A stretch of 64,000 nt of DNA from an uncultured Candidatus Woesearchaeota archaeon (lineage in GTDB: Archaea; Nanobdellota; Nanobdellia; Woesearchaeales; GW2011-AR9): assembly GCA_902529885.1 (NCBI GenBank), contig CABZYC010000001.1, forward strand, positions 89,719 to 153,718. The letters are read 5' to 3'. The position numbers and the translations under genes were made by a program. Below, in pieces: positions 52,889 through 61,377 of this stretch (within the stretch, counting starts at the first letter, position 1; each line of letters starts with the position of its first letter). The notes beneath the pieces were generated by a model, which was given only the letters and a program-made list of their open reading frames with translations, was not told the DNA's origin and made no database searches.

Positions 52889-54538
52889 ATGGAAAAAACC
52901 ATACGCCAATTAGTACTAGAAAATTATGCTCGGCATGGTTCTGTTAAAGAAAATGTTATTTTAGGTTTAATTCTCCGTAGTCATCCTGAAGCAAAAAGTG
53001 ATGTTGTACGTGTCAAAGAACTCATTAGTTCTATTGTCTCAGCAGTCAGTTCTATGACACAAAAACAAGCAGCAAAAAAAGTTGACCTGAAAGAAGTCAA
53101 AAAGGATGAAATTAAAGGGCCACTCAAACCGTTACCTGAATCGTCATCATACGTGTTTCGTATCGCACCATCTCCAAGCGGACCACTACACATTGGTCAC
53201 GCGTTTGGTACAATGATCAATTTCACATATAAGCAGATGTACAATGGTAAACTAATTTTGCGTATTGAAGATACAAACCCTTCAAATATTTATCCTAAAG
53301 CTTACGATTTGATTGAACAGGACGCAAAATGGGTTACAAATAATGGTATTGACCAAGTTATAATCCAAAGTGATAGGTTAGATTTATACTACAAGTATGC
53401 ACGGGAACTAATTGAGAAAGGGCTTGCTTACGTATGTAGCGTTGATGCTGACACTTGGCGAGAAATGAAAGCTAAAGGTGACGAATCACCATACCGTAAC
53501 ATGGACATAACAACACAAATTGAACGTTATGAACGTATGTTCACAGACTTTGCAGAGGGTGAAGCCGTGATCAAATTCAAAACAGATATGAACCATAAAA
53601 ATCCCGCTATGCGAGATTTTCCTATTATGCGTATTAACGAACATGTTCACCCGCGTACTGGTAAAAGTCAACGAGTATGGCCATTAATGGTTTTTAGTGT
53701 AGCTATTGATGACCACTTACTTAGCGTTACACATGTATTAAATGGTAAAGATCATGCTGATAATGCTAAAAAAGAAGCACTTATAATGAAAGCTTTTGGT
53801 TGGCACGCACCATTCTATAAACATTGGGGCCGAATCAATTTTCTAGACATTAAACTCTCTACTTCTGAAACACGAAGGGCCATTGAACGTAATGAATATC
53901 ATGGTTGGGACGATGTTCGATTAAATACTTTATTAGCACTTAAAAAAAGAGGGTATCACCCTAACACTTTCCAACGATTTAGTATTGAAACAGGGCTTAG
54001 TTTAACAGATAAAACTGTTAGTAAAACAGAATTTTGGAAAAATATTAATGCGTTCAATAAACAAGAGATTGATCAAGACGTTAAACGATTCTTTTTTGTT
54101 GAAAATCCTATCAAAATAACTGTGGATAACGCCCCCTCTAAAACTGTGCATTTACCATTACATCCAGAAAAAGATATTGGGCACCGAGAATTGAAATGTA
54201 ACGAAGAATATTACATTGAGAAAACAGATTATGAACGTATGCAAGCAGGCAAGGTGTATCGATTTATTGATAATATTAACGTGATTTATACAGGTGAAAA
54301 AATTGAATTTCACAGTGAAACTTTTGAAGAATATAAAGAATCTAACAAAGGTTTTGTTTTACATTGGTTACCACAAAAAACTGTCGGCGTTACTATTAAA
54401 GGACCAAACAAAGAGTATACCGGCCTTGCAGAAGAAGCACTATCATGTGTTGAACGACCTTCAATTGTACAATTTGAACGACGATTTTTTGCAAAGCTTG
54501 ATGACGGTAAAAATATAAGTGGCTGGTTCTTACATTAA
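52889..54538 (+). CDS. gltX: Glutamyl-tRNA synthetase (archaeal-type, non-discriminating GluRS/GlnRS family)
   Basis: Start at ATG MEKTIRQLV…; the track's GTG is 7 codons upstream. The HIGH region reads FRIAPSPSGPLHIGHAF, the KMSKS-equivalent region is present, and a C-terminal anticodon-binding beta-barrel follows. The protein is ~549 aa. Confidence 0.9.
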   Translation: MEKTIRQLVLENYARHGSVKENVILGLILRSHPEAKSDVVRVKELISSIVSAVSSMTQKQAAKKVDLKEVKKDEIKGPLKPLPESSSYVFRIAPSPSGPLHIGHAFGTMINFTYKQMYNGKLILRIEDTNPSNIYPKAYDLIEQDAKWVTNNGIDQVIIQSDRLDLYYKYARELIEKGLAYVCSVDADTWREMKAKGDESPYRNMDITTQIERYERMFTDFAEGEAVIKFKTDMNHKNPAMRDFPIMRINEHVHPRTGKSQRVWPLMVFSVAIDDHLLSVTHVLNGKDHADNAKKEALIMKAFGWHAPFYKHWGRINFLDIKLSTSETRRAIERNEYHGWDDVRLNTLLALKKRGYHPNTFQRFSIETGLSLTDKTVSKTEFWKNINAFNKQEIDQDVKRFFFVENPIKITVDNAPSKTVHLPLHPEKDIGHRELKCNEEYYIEKTDYERMQAGKVYRFIDNINVIYTGEKIEFHSETFEEYKESNKGFVLHWLPQKTVGVTIKGPNKEYTGLAEEALSCVERPSIVQFERRFFAKLDDGKNISGWFLH

Positions 54539-54542
54539 AGGT

Positions 54543-55004
54543 ATGGGGACTATACACAAAGATGTACCACTTTCAGAATGTACACTTCGACGGTACGAAA
54601 AACCAATTAATACTGACAGAGACCTTGTTAGAAGATTATGTTTAACCCTAGGAATATTACAACCAGGGGATAGTCGTGACGTTATTGTTGATGTATTACA
54701 CGTACTACTTACTGCTCGTTCACAAAAAAAAATTATGGACACTGATCTAATACGCGACCTTGTTATTGCAAATAGGGCAGATTATGAACTTGAAATGAAC
54801 GGTATTGCTCATAGTAACATACGAAGACAATTAAGACGATTAAAGGAATTATATCTTATTGAATGTATTAATAACGAATATAGGATCTCTGAATTTATGA
54901 GTTGTGAAGAAGTACTTAACGAAAAGATTATGCCTTTTTTAATTAAACCAATTTTGCAACGTGTAAAAGAATATTTGAAAGCTGTTGACCAGCAATTCAA
55001 ATAA
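54543..55004 (+). CDS. Hypothetical cytoplasmic protein
   Basis: A 153-aa helical protein, MGTIHKDVPLSECTLRRYEKP…. The track's GTG start at 54519 overlaps the gltX end. No family recognised. Confidence 0.4.
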   Translation: MGTIHKDVPLSECTLRRYEKPINTDRDLVRRLCLTLGILQPGDSRDVIVDVLHVLLTARSQKKIMDTDLIRDLVIANRADYELEMNGIAHSNIRRQLRRLKELYLIECINNEYRISEFMSCEEVLNEKIMPFLIKPILQRVKEYLKAVDQQFK

Positions 55005-55257
55005 TATCTTCTTCACTCACCACAATAAAATCACCTAATGCAATTACTGCACTAAAAGGGATAAGGATTTGACTCTCTTTATTCTTTTCAAGCTCCATCT
55101 TTTCAGTATAGATTGTTGGGTTACGTAATACTAAATTAATTAGTTCTCCGCTACCCACCTCGAAAATTAAATCGCCAATTTCACCAAATTTTTTACCGGA
55201 CTTACTTACCACTGTTTTACCAATGATGTCTCGAGAATAATTTTTTTCTGATTCCAT
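54997..55257 (-). CDS. PRC-barrel domain protein
   Basis: An 86-aa protein; IIGKTVVSKSGKKFGEIGDLIFEVGSGELINLVL matches the PRC-barrel consensus. Confidence 0.55.
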   Translation of the reverse strand: MESEKNYSRDIIGKTVVSKSGKKFGEIGDLIFEVGSGELINLVLRNPTIYTEKMELEKNKESQILIPFSAVIALGDFIVVSEEDII

Positions 55258-55277
55258 AACTCACCCTCAATAAAATA

Positions 55278-55535
55278 ATGTGTCACAACGTATTTAAAGA
55301 TTACGGTGTCTGCGACAGTATGCAAACAGAAATGCAAGGACAAGAAAAAGTTGGATACCATAAAGGTGCACTCAGTGTTTTAACTAAAGAACGCGAAGAA
55401 ATGATGAGAATTCTACAAATTGTTGAGTCATTAATGCAAATGCATGTTAAAGAACTTAAAGAATTAGGCATAGATTTAACTGGGAAAAAAAGTACTGACA
55501 AAAAAAATAAAAAAAATATAGATGAAATTCTATAA
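55278..55535 (+). CDS. Small hypothetical protein
   Basis: An 85-aa charged helical protein with no recognisable family. It convergently overlaps the next gene. Confidence 0.3.
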   Translation: MCHNVFKDYGVCDSMQTEMQGQEKVGYHKGALSVLTKEREEMMRILQIVESLMQMHVKELKELGIDLTGKKSTDKKNKKNIDEIL

Positions 55536-56882
55536 TTTATACATTACAATTGTATAAGCAGAGATCGGGATAGCTGCAAGAAGCATCCCGCAAGCTGCTG
55601 CTAGAACATAAATGTATAATGATTCAAAAAAACCTTTATCAATATCATCAGTTGATGCTACAACAACACTTTCTTCAGAAGAATCTGTCTCTTCACCTTC
55701 TTCAGAAGAAACTTCAACTTCAATATACTCATATTCCGTCTCATATTCAGTTACAGTAGTTGTTGTGACAGATTCACATACATTATCAGACATGAATTCT
55801 ACCATATCTTCTTGTAAATCTGCAACATCATCTTCTAAATCGTAACCATTAACATCATCACGTAGTTCGCTTACGTCTTGGTATAATTCATAAACTTCAT
55901 TTTGTGCTTCATCACAATCAATGTTACCGTCTTCGTAATCTTCAACAATATCGTCAAAGTCATCTTCTAGATCATCCAAATCGTCTTCTTCATCAGATAA
56001 ATCAACTTCATCAGAATCACTATCATCGGAAGTGCTATCGTCAGAATCACCATCATCGGAAGTGCTATCGTCAGAATCACCATCATCGGAAGTGCTATCA
56101 TCAGAAGTGCTATCGTCAGAATCACTATCATCAGAAGTGCTATCATCGGAAGCGCTATCATCAATACCATTTGATTGTACAACAACTACCAATTCTGTTA
56201 CATTACCACATTCAACGTTAAGAGTATATTCTCCAACTTCATCTTCTGTTGGTGTCCATTCGATAAGAATATCATGACCACTATATGTATAAACTTCTTC
56301 TGGCAAATCTGTTTGAGCAAGAACCATTGTTTCAGTACATGAAACCATTTCCACATGATAAGTATCTTCAACAAATGTTAAAGCACCATATGTTAAGATT
56401 GGATCAACTACAATAACTTCTACCTCTGGTACATCAATATCTATTAACAAATCTTCACTTAAAGTGATGGTAGGGATATCAATTATTAATTCACCTGGAT
56501 CGTATGTGCCAATACCAACAAATGTTAAACCTGTCTCTTCATAACTAGACCTAGATTCTCTTACTTGAACCGTGTTAGTCCCAGCTTCAATTGTTATAGT
56601 TACTGTCTCTGTACAAACAGACTTACAAACTATAGTTTTAGTTTCACTTGCATACTGTACATAATAAATTCCTGATTCACTCATTTCAACTGTTAAATCA
56701 ACTGTATCGCCTATCGCGCTATAATAAGTTCCATCAGTATCACCATCATACATAACCTGTATGTCTTCCTCAGCTACAACTATTACTACACTTTCAATTG
56801 CAACCGGATCTAATGATAAAACGGGTGCTGGCGCAGCAAAAACTAGCGGAATCAGTAATAATATCAATATGAGTTTTCTCAT
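55530..56882 (-). CDS. Acidic cell-surface protein with Ig-like domain, SDDSTSDD repeat linker and C-terminal TM anchor
   Basis: A signal peptide (MRKLILILLLIPLVFAAPAP) is followed by a beta-rich domain with HDILIEWTPTEDEVGEYTLNVECGN (He_PIG-like 'WTP…VG.Y' motif). Next come (SDDSTSDDGD)n and a DDLDDLEDDFDD acidic block, a C-terminal hydrophobic anchor (LYIYVLAAACGMLLAAIPISAYTIV) and a YKL tail. Confidence 0.7.
   Translation of the reverse strand: MRKLILILLLIPLVFAAPAPVLSLDPVAIESVVIVVAEEDIQVMYDGDTDGTYYSAIGDTVDLTVEMSESGIYYVQYASETKTIVCKSVCTETVTITIEAGTNTVQVRESRSSYEETGLTFVGIGTYDPGELIIDIPTITLSEDLLIDIDVPEVEVIVVDPILTYGALTFVEDTYHVEMVSCTETMVLAQTDLPEEVYTYSGHDILIEWTPTEDEVGEYTLNVECGNVTELVVVVQSNGIDDSASDDSTSDDSDSDDSTSDDSTSDDGDSDDSTSDDGDSDDSTSDDSDSDEVDLSDEEDDLDDLEDDFDDIVEDYEDGNIDCDEAQNEVYELYQDVSELRDDVNGYDLEDDVADLQEDMVEFMSDNVCESVTTTTVTEYETEYEYIEVEVSSEEGEETDSSEESVVVASTDDIDKGFFESLYIYVLAAACGMLLAAIPISAYTIVMYKL
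56011..56160. repeat. About 5 x 30-nt in-frame tandem repeat (tcagaatcacYatcatcggaagtgctatcg; alternating 15-mers) encoding (SDDSTSDDGD)n
   Basis: Three perfect 30-mers at 56011-56100 are followed by 15-nt half-unit variants to about 56160. Confidence 0.85.
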
Positions 56883-56951
56883 TTATCTCTAAAAGATAAT
56901 GTGATTTAAAAGTGTTGTTACTAAAAAGTGGTTAAAAAAATAAAATAAAGA

Positions 56952-59213
56952 TTAATTGCGTTTTTTACCTGCAAACAATAAGGTAATCATGAAAAGCATC
57001 ATTGCTAAAATAATCACGATTGCTGCAGACATATAAACGATAACACGAAAGTCACCGAAATTCTGTTCTGTGCTTGTAGCGCTACTCGTGGTAGTGCTAG
57101 TAGCTGGGACAGTGGTTACAGTAACTGTACTTTCAGTACTACTTGTATCATCATCATCATCATCATCAGACGACGTACTAGATGTGTATGTTGTAGCAGA
57201 TGTACTGTCAGATGAAGACGTATAAGTGCTAGATGAACTAGAACATGATGCACCATCATCAATGACATCACTAATATCACTTCGAAGGTCAGCAATATCA
57301 TCTTCTAGATCTTCCAAATCATCGATTAGATCGTCAGCAACATCTTCGTCAATGTCACTATCATCATCGATATCATCCTGTAAATCATCCAATACATCGT
57401 CTAAATCGCCCAAATCATCGTCAAGATCGTCAAGATCGTCAATAATATCGTCTAATTCATCATCGTCGCCATCATCTTCAGCGTCACAATAATCGTCCTT
57501 TAAATCCTCTAGATCATCTTGGTAATCATCTAATGAATCTTCGATATCTTCAATATTGTCATCGTATTCAGTGGAAACTTCATCAATCTCAATATCGAAA
57601 CGAATTGTTACTGCATTTCCGTTTTCATCTTCAAATACAATACGTACTTCGTGGGTACCAACATCGTCAGATTCTGGTTCCCAAACTAAAGTGTAACCAG
57701 TACTTGATTCATCTAAGAAATCATCTAATGCATCATCAAGGTCAACGTCTAAAGTACTATCACAACCAGAATCGTCACAATCAACGTCCCAAGTAGTAAC
57801 AGTAATTTCACTATCTTCAGGATCATAAACAACAATCTCAATTTCTAAATCGTCGCCCACTTCAGCTTCAATATCATCAATCTCTTCTACGATTGGATCA
57901 TCATCAACGTCAGTCACTGTAATGACTACTTCGGATGATTCTGTTTCATATGAACCATCACTAACAATGATTGTGAAGGTGTGTACACCAACATCTAGCG
58001 CGCCAGGAGTCCAATCCATACCATTCTCGTCGAAGGTTGCACTTGATAAAGTACTTTCACCAACAGTGTAATCAGCATCGAAAGATTCGTCAACACTGTA
58101 TGATAACGTGTCGCCATCTCCATCTGAAACACTATAGGAGATAGTAATACTTTCATCTTGTTCAATGGTTGTTTCCACAATGTCAACATCTTCATCAAAA
58201 GCAGGTGAAAAGTTTTCTGAAACAGTTACATCAAACGTTGTTGAATCAGTTAATCCAGCTTCGTCAGTAACAGTAACAGTAACAGTTTCAGTTGTGCCAA
58301 CGTCTGCTTCAGCAGGAGTAAAAGTCCAAGTATCATCGTCAACACTATTTGTTCCAGTAAATGCGTGAGATACAGAATAAGATAAAGTTGTTTCTTCACC
58401 GTTATCAATATCTTCATCAGTAGCATTAAACACAACTTCTAAAGTAGCATAGTCGCCAGCAGCAGGGTTCGCAAACACTTCTTGGTCATCAACAGCGTCA
58501 ATAACAGGGTCATCGTTCTCATTAGTAACTGTAATTGATAATACGTCAGATGATTCTTCACCAGCACTATCAGTAGCAGTAATATTCACTTCGTAACTAC
58601 CAACGTCCGCATTCACAGGAGTCCAATCTAATTCACCAGTACCATCACCGTTATCAGTGAATGTTACTTCAGATACAGGTTCAATATCAAACTCGTATGA
58701 TAAAACGATAGTATCAGGTTCAGTTAATAATAAGTCATCATCAGCCGTTGTTATAGTGATTGTAGTCATAGCTGCATCTTCAGCTACACTTTCAGTCACT
58801 GAACTTAAAATAATACTTGGTGCATCGTTTACGTTTGATACAGTAATATTTAATGACCCAGTAGTGTTATCAAGAATACCGTCACCATCATCATCAACAC
58901 CATCACTAAAAGTTATATTAATAGTGTGTTCCCCAACATCGTCATTAGTTGGAGTCCATGTTAAATCTACAGTTCCATCAAAATTGTCAGTAAAATCGCC
59001 AGCAATCAAAGTTTGAGCTAGACAGTCTCCGCACGAAATTGAATCTATTACAACAGAGTATACAGGAGTACCGGTATCACTGCTAAATTCAATCGTACTC
59101 GTTAATTCTGAATCCTCATCAATTGACAAGTCTTCAAAGGTATCTAATGTAATGTTACCTGCAAATACAACAGGTAAAAGCATTAATACCATTAATAATT
59201 GTACATATTTCAT
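56952..59213 (-). CDS. Large acidic surface protein with about 5 Ig-like (He_PIG/cadherin-like) domains, poly-Asp/Leu block, Ser/Thr-rich stalk and C-terminal TM anchor
   Basis: Start at ATG MKYVQLLMVLMLLPVVFAG (the signal peptide); the track's GTG is 3 codons upstream. A recurrent motif [DN]G(T)..(L/W)[DT]WTP…DVG.H…[IV]… appears five times (TVDLTWTPTNDDVGEHTINITFSDG, GELDWTPVNADVGSYEVNITATDS, DDTWTFTPAEADVGTTETVTVTVTD, NGMDWTPGALDVGVHTFTIIVSDGS, GYTLVWEPESDDVGTHEVRIVFEDENG). An ~90-aa run (…DDLEDLKDDYCDAEDDGDDDELDDIIDDLDDLDDDLGDLDDVLDDLQDDIDDDSD…) and an S/T stalk precede the TM (VIVYMSAAIVIILAMMLFMITLLFAG) and KKRN tail. Confidence 0.75.
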   Translation of the reverse strand: MKYVQLLMVLMLLPVVFAGNITLDTFEDLSIDEDSELTSTIEFSSDTGTPVYSVVIDSISCGDCLAQTLIAGDFTDNFDGTVDLTWTPTNDDVGEHTINITFSDGVDDDGDGILDNTTGSLNITVSNVNDAPSIILSSVTESVAEDAAMTTITITTADDDLLLTEPDTIVLSYEFDIEPVSEVTFTDNGDGTGELDWTPVNADVGSYEVNITATDSAGEESSDVLSITVTNENDDPVIDAVDDQEVFANPAAGDYATLEVVFNATDEDIDNGEETTLSYSVSHAFTGTNSVDDDTWTFTPAEADVGTTETVTVTVTDEAGLTDSTTFDVTVSENFSPAFDEDVDIVETTIEQDESITISYSVSDGDGDTLSYSVDESFDADYTVGESTLSSATFDENGMDWTPGALDVGVHTFTIIVSDGSYETESSEVVITVTDVDDDPIVEEIDDIEAEVGDDLEIEIVVYDPEDSEITVTTWDVDCDDSGCDSTLDVDLDDALDDFLDESSTGYTLVWEPESDDVGTHEVRIVFEDENGNAVTIRFDIEIDEVSTEYDDNIEDIEDSLDDYQDDLEDLKDDYCDAEDDGDDDELDDIIDDLDDLDDDLGDLDDVLDDLQDDIDDDSDIDEDVADDLIDDLEDLEDDIADLRSDISDVIDDGASCSSSSSTYTSSSDSTSATTYTSSTSSDDDDDDDTSSTESTVTVTTVPATSTTTSSATSTEQNFGDFRVIVYMSAAIVIILAMMLFMITLLFAGKKRN

Positions 59214-59287
59214 AGTAGTCACCTATGCTTATCTTCAAAGTGAACGTACTTTATAAACATTCATATCGTAAAACTACTATCCAGTGA

Positions 59288-59740
59288 TTACAATATTACC
59301 TCGCCACGAAACGCCTTTGGAACATAGTTTAAAAAGGTACCATCAATGGCTTTAGCTACAGCAACTGGCTCATTTTGGTATGTTAATGTATAGAACGCTC
59401 GCCCTTCATTTTTACAAGGTATATTCTGACCACGGAGGTACATCTCAGTTAAGGTTTTAGTTAATTCATACTGGTTCTTGGCTGGGCCTTGCATGTGCCA
59501 GAATAATTTTAAGCCACAAAAACTTAGCCTGAATTCAGTATCGTTCATTTCGCCAAGGTACAATCCTACGCGGTCCAGTTTAAACTGTAATAAATCGTCC
59601 ATACCAACAGACACCATAAACAGCTTATGCTTACTATTAACAAAATAACTGTAACCAGAAGGTAGCGTATAACCATAAACTGTTTGTAAAAATTCTTTCA
59701 CACGCTTTTTATCAGCTTTACGTAAACGGTCTAACTTCAT
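59288..59740 (-). CDS. Hypothetical cytoplasmic protein (no signal peptide), embedded in the surface-protein locus
   Basis: A 150-aa protein, MKLDRLRKADKKRVKEFLQTVYGYTLPSGYSYF…. It may be a PUA-like or other small RNA-binding fold, but no family is recognised with confidence. Confidence 0.45.
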   Translation of the reverse strand: MKLDRLRKADKKRVKEFLQTVYGYTLPSGYSYFVNSKHKLFMVSVGMDDLLQFKLDRVGLYLGEMNDTEFRLSFCGLKLFWHMQGPAKNQYELTKTLTEMYLRGQNIPCKNEGRAFYTLTYQNEPVAVAKAIDGTFLNYVPKAFRGEVIL

Positions 59741-59771
59741 GAATTAACTTGTTCCAAGCGTAGTTAAAAAA

Positions 59772-59945
59772 CTATCCGTTACGAATATAGATGTAACCAC
59801 CGTACACAAAAAATAATGTGCCGAACAGTAAAGGCCAACTTAAAATTGTAAAAAAAGTGTTTAAAATCATTACTATACCCAAAAAAAAGAGTTCTATACC
59901 CCAAGACCGTGCATTTTGTTTTGTAAAGATAATTTGTGGCTTCAT
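59772..59945 (-). CDS. Possible small 2-TM membrane protein (57 aa)
   Basis: My own reverse-strand translation gives MKPQIIFTKQNARSWGIELFFLGIVMILNTFFTILSWPLLFGTLFFVYGGYIYIRNG, which is hydrophobic. It lies in an otherwise unexplained 257-nt gap and is below the ORF-track length cutoff. Confidence 0.3.
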   Translation of the reverse strand: MKPQIIFTKQNARSWGIELFFLGIVMILNTFFTILSWPLLFGTLFFVYGGYIYIRNG

Positions 59946-59997
59946 GCCAAAGATAAGAGTGTTATGATATATAAAATTAAAGAAAAAAAAAATGTAC

Positions 59998-61251
59998 TTA
60001 ATAGTACGTTTGTTCTTCGTCGTCGTCTTTTTGAAGACGGAAGTATGCTACAACTAGTAACACTAAGATGAATAGTACAACAAGCACTACTAAAGCAACC
60101 TCTAAAGCGTTAGCTAAACTGAAATCATCAGCACCTTCGGTTACAACAGCATTCAAAGTGAATGTTTCTAACACGTTTCCGTCGTTCATTAAGTACAAGT
60201 TAACTGCATGTGAACCTACAACAGCGTCACTGCTAACAGTAACAGTAGCTTCGACAACTTGTGATTGACCAGGAGCCAATACAACTAAACTGTCTGACAT
60301 GCTTACACTTGCCCAGTCACCAACACTAACTTCGAATGAGTAAGTTTCTGAGGTTGAACCATCATTGCTCATTGCAATAGTGTATACAACACTTTGACCT
60401 GCAGCAACGTTCTGACTTTCAGGACCTACAGCTACAACTAAACTTTCGTCGTTAGCAGTACAGTAACCACCGTCAACAACAGTTAATGAGTAAGACTCAC
60501 GTACAGTTTCATAGTAATCGTATGTTACAATTACATCTACACTGTATACGCCTTCAGCTGCACAGTCAGGAATGCTCAAGAACATTTCTTCTGAGGTTTC
60601 ATAACTTACACTTTCTTGGTTTGCGTTAGTTTCTAAGATCTCAATGTAATCAGTTGCACTCACACCCAATTCTGGGATGCTTACACTTATTTTTACATCT
60701 TCTTCATCGTTGTCACCGTAGTTTTGTAAAACAACAGTTGTTAACAAACTTCGACCAGACTGTACTTCATCACCAGGTGAGAAGAATACGTCAGTGATTT
60801 CAACACCGTGACGTGAAGGTTCAATGTATAATCGAACAATCTGTTCCATTGTATCACTGTTTTTATCAGTTACACGGATTCGTAAATAGTACTCATCTTT
60901 GTCTAACTGTACAGGTAATTCAATGTCTAATGAAACTGTCTTAAATGTGTCTTCAGTTAAATCGAACAAGTGACTTGTAGCCATTAATGGTTCATAGTCA
61001 GCATATTCATACCCGCTAATTTCTGCGGTAACTTGAATATCTTCAACATCGTCTAGAGCTTCTAAACCTACTTCAATTTCTAGCGTTGCACCTTCTTCGA
61101 TAGCAATACGCTCTCCGTCCTCACCAACTTCCAATTCCTGGTCGTTGATTTCAAAATTTCGCCATTCTAAATCGCTTGTATCAGCAAATGCAGGGCTAAC
61201 TAGCACAGCAAATAAAGCCAATACAGCGATGATATTAATTATTCCTTTCAT
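59998..61251 (-). CDS. Acidic surface protein with tandem beta-sandwich modules and C-terminal TM anchor
   Basis: A signal peptide (MKGIINIIAVLALFAVLVSPAFA) is followed by an E/D-rich beta-rich body with ~100-aa periodicity. The C-terminus has a TM (LEVALVVLVVLFILVLLVVAYF) and an acidic tail QKDDDEEQTYY. Confidence 0.65.
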   Translation of the reverse strand: MKGIINIIAVLALFAVLVSPAFADTSDLEWRNFEINDQELEVGEDGERIAIEEGATLEIEVGLEALDDVEDIQVTAEISGYEYADYEPLMATSHLFDLTEDTFKTVSLDIELPVQLDKDEYYLRIRVTDKNSDTMEQIVRLYIEPSRHGVEITDVFFSPGDEVQSGRSLLTTVVLQNYGDNDEEDVKISVSIPELGVSATDYIEILETNANQESVSYETSEEMFLSIPDCAAEGVYSVDVIVTYDYYETVRESYSLTVVDGGYCTANDESLVVAVGPESQNVAAGQSVVYTIAMSNDGSTSETYSFEVSVGDWASVSMSDSLVVLAPGQSQVVEATVTVSSDAVVGSHAVNLYLMNDGNVLETFTLNAVVTEGADDFSLANALEVALVVLVVLFILVLLVVAYFRLQKDDDEEQTYY

Positions 61252-61377
61252 TTTTAGATGTATTCCTTATGGTGTTAAGCGATATACTACTCCAAAGCCG
61301 ATATTCTTTATAAAACCTATCGTCCTTTTTGAGTAGTTACACTTCATTTTTCAATTAGGGAAGAGGGGTTAACCCTC

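Noticed and set aside
56011-56160. Possible CRISPR array, suggested by regular 30-nt direct repeats
   Set aside because: The repeats are contiguous, with no spacers, and in frame within a surface-protein ORF. They are not a CRISPR array. No cas genes are present in the window.
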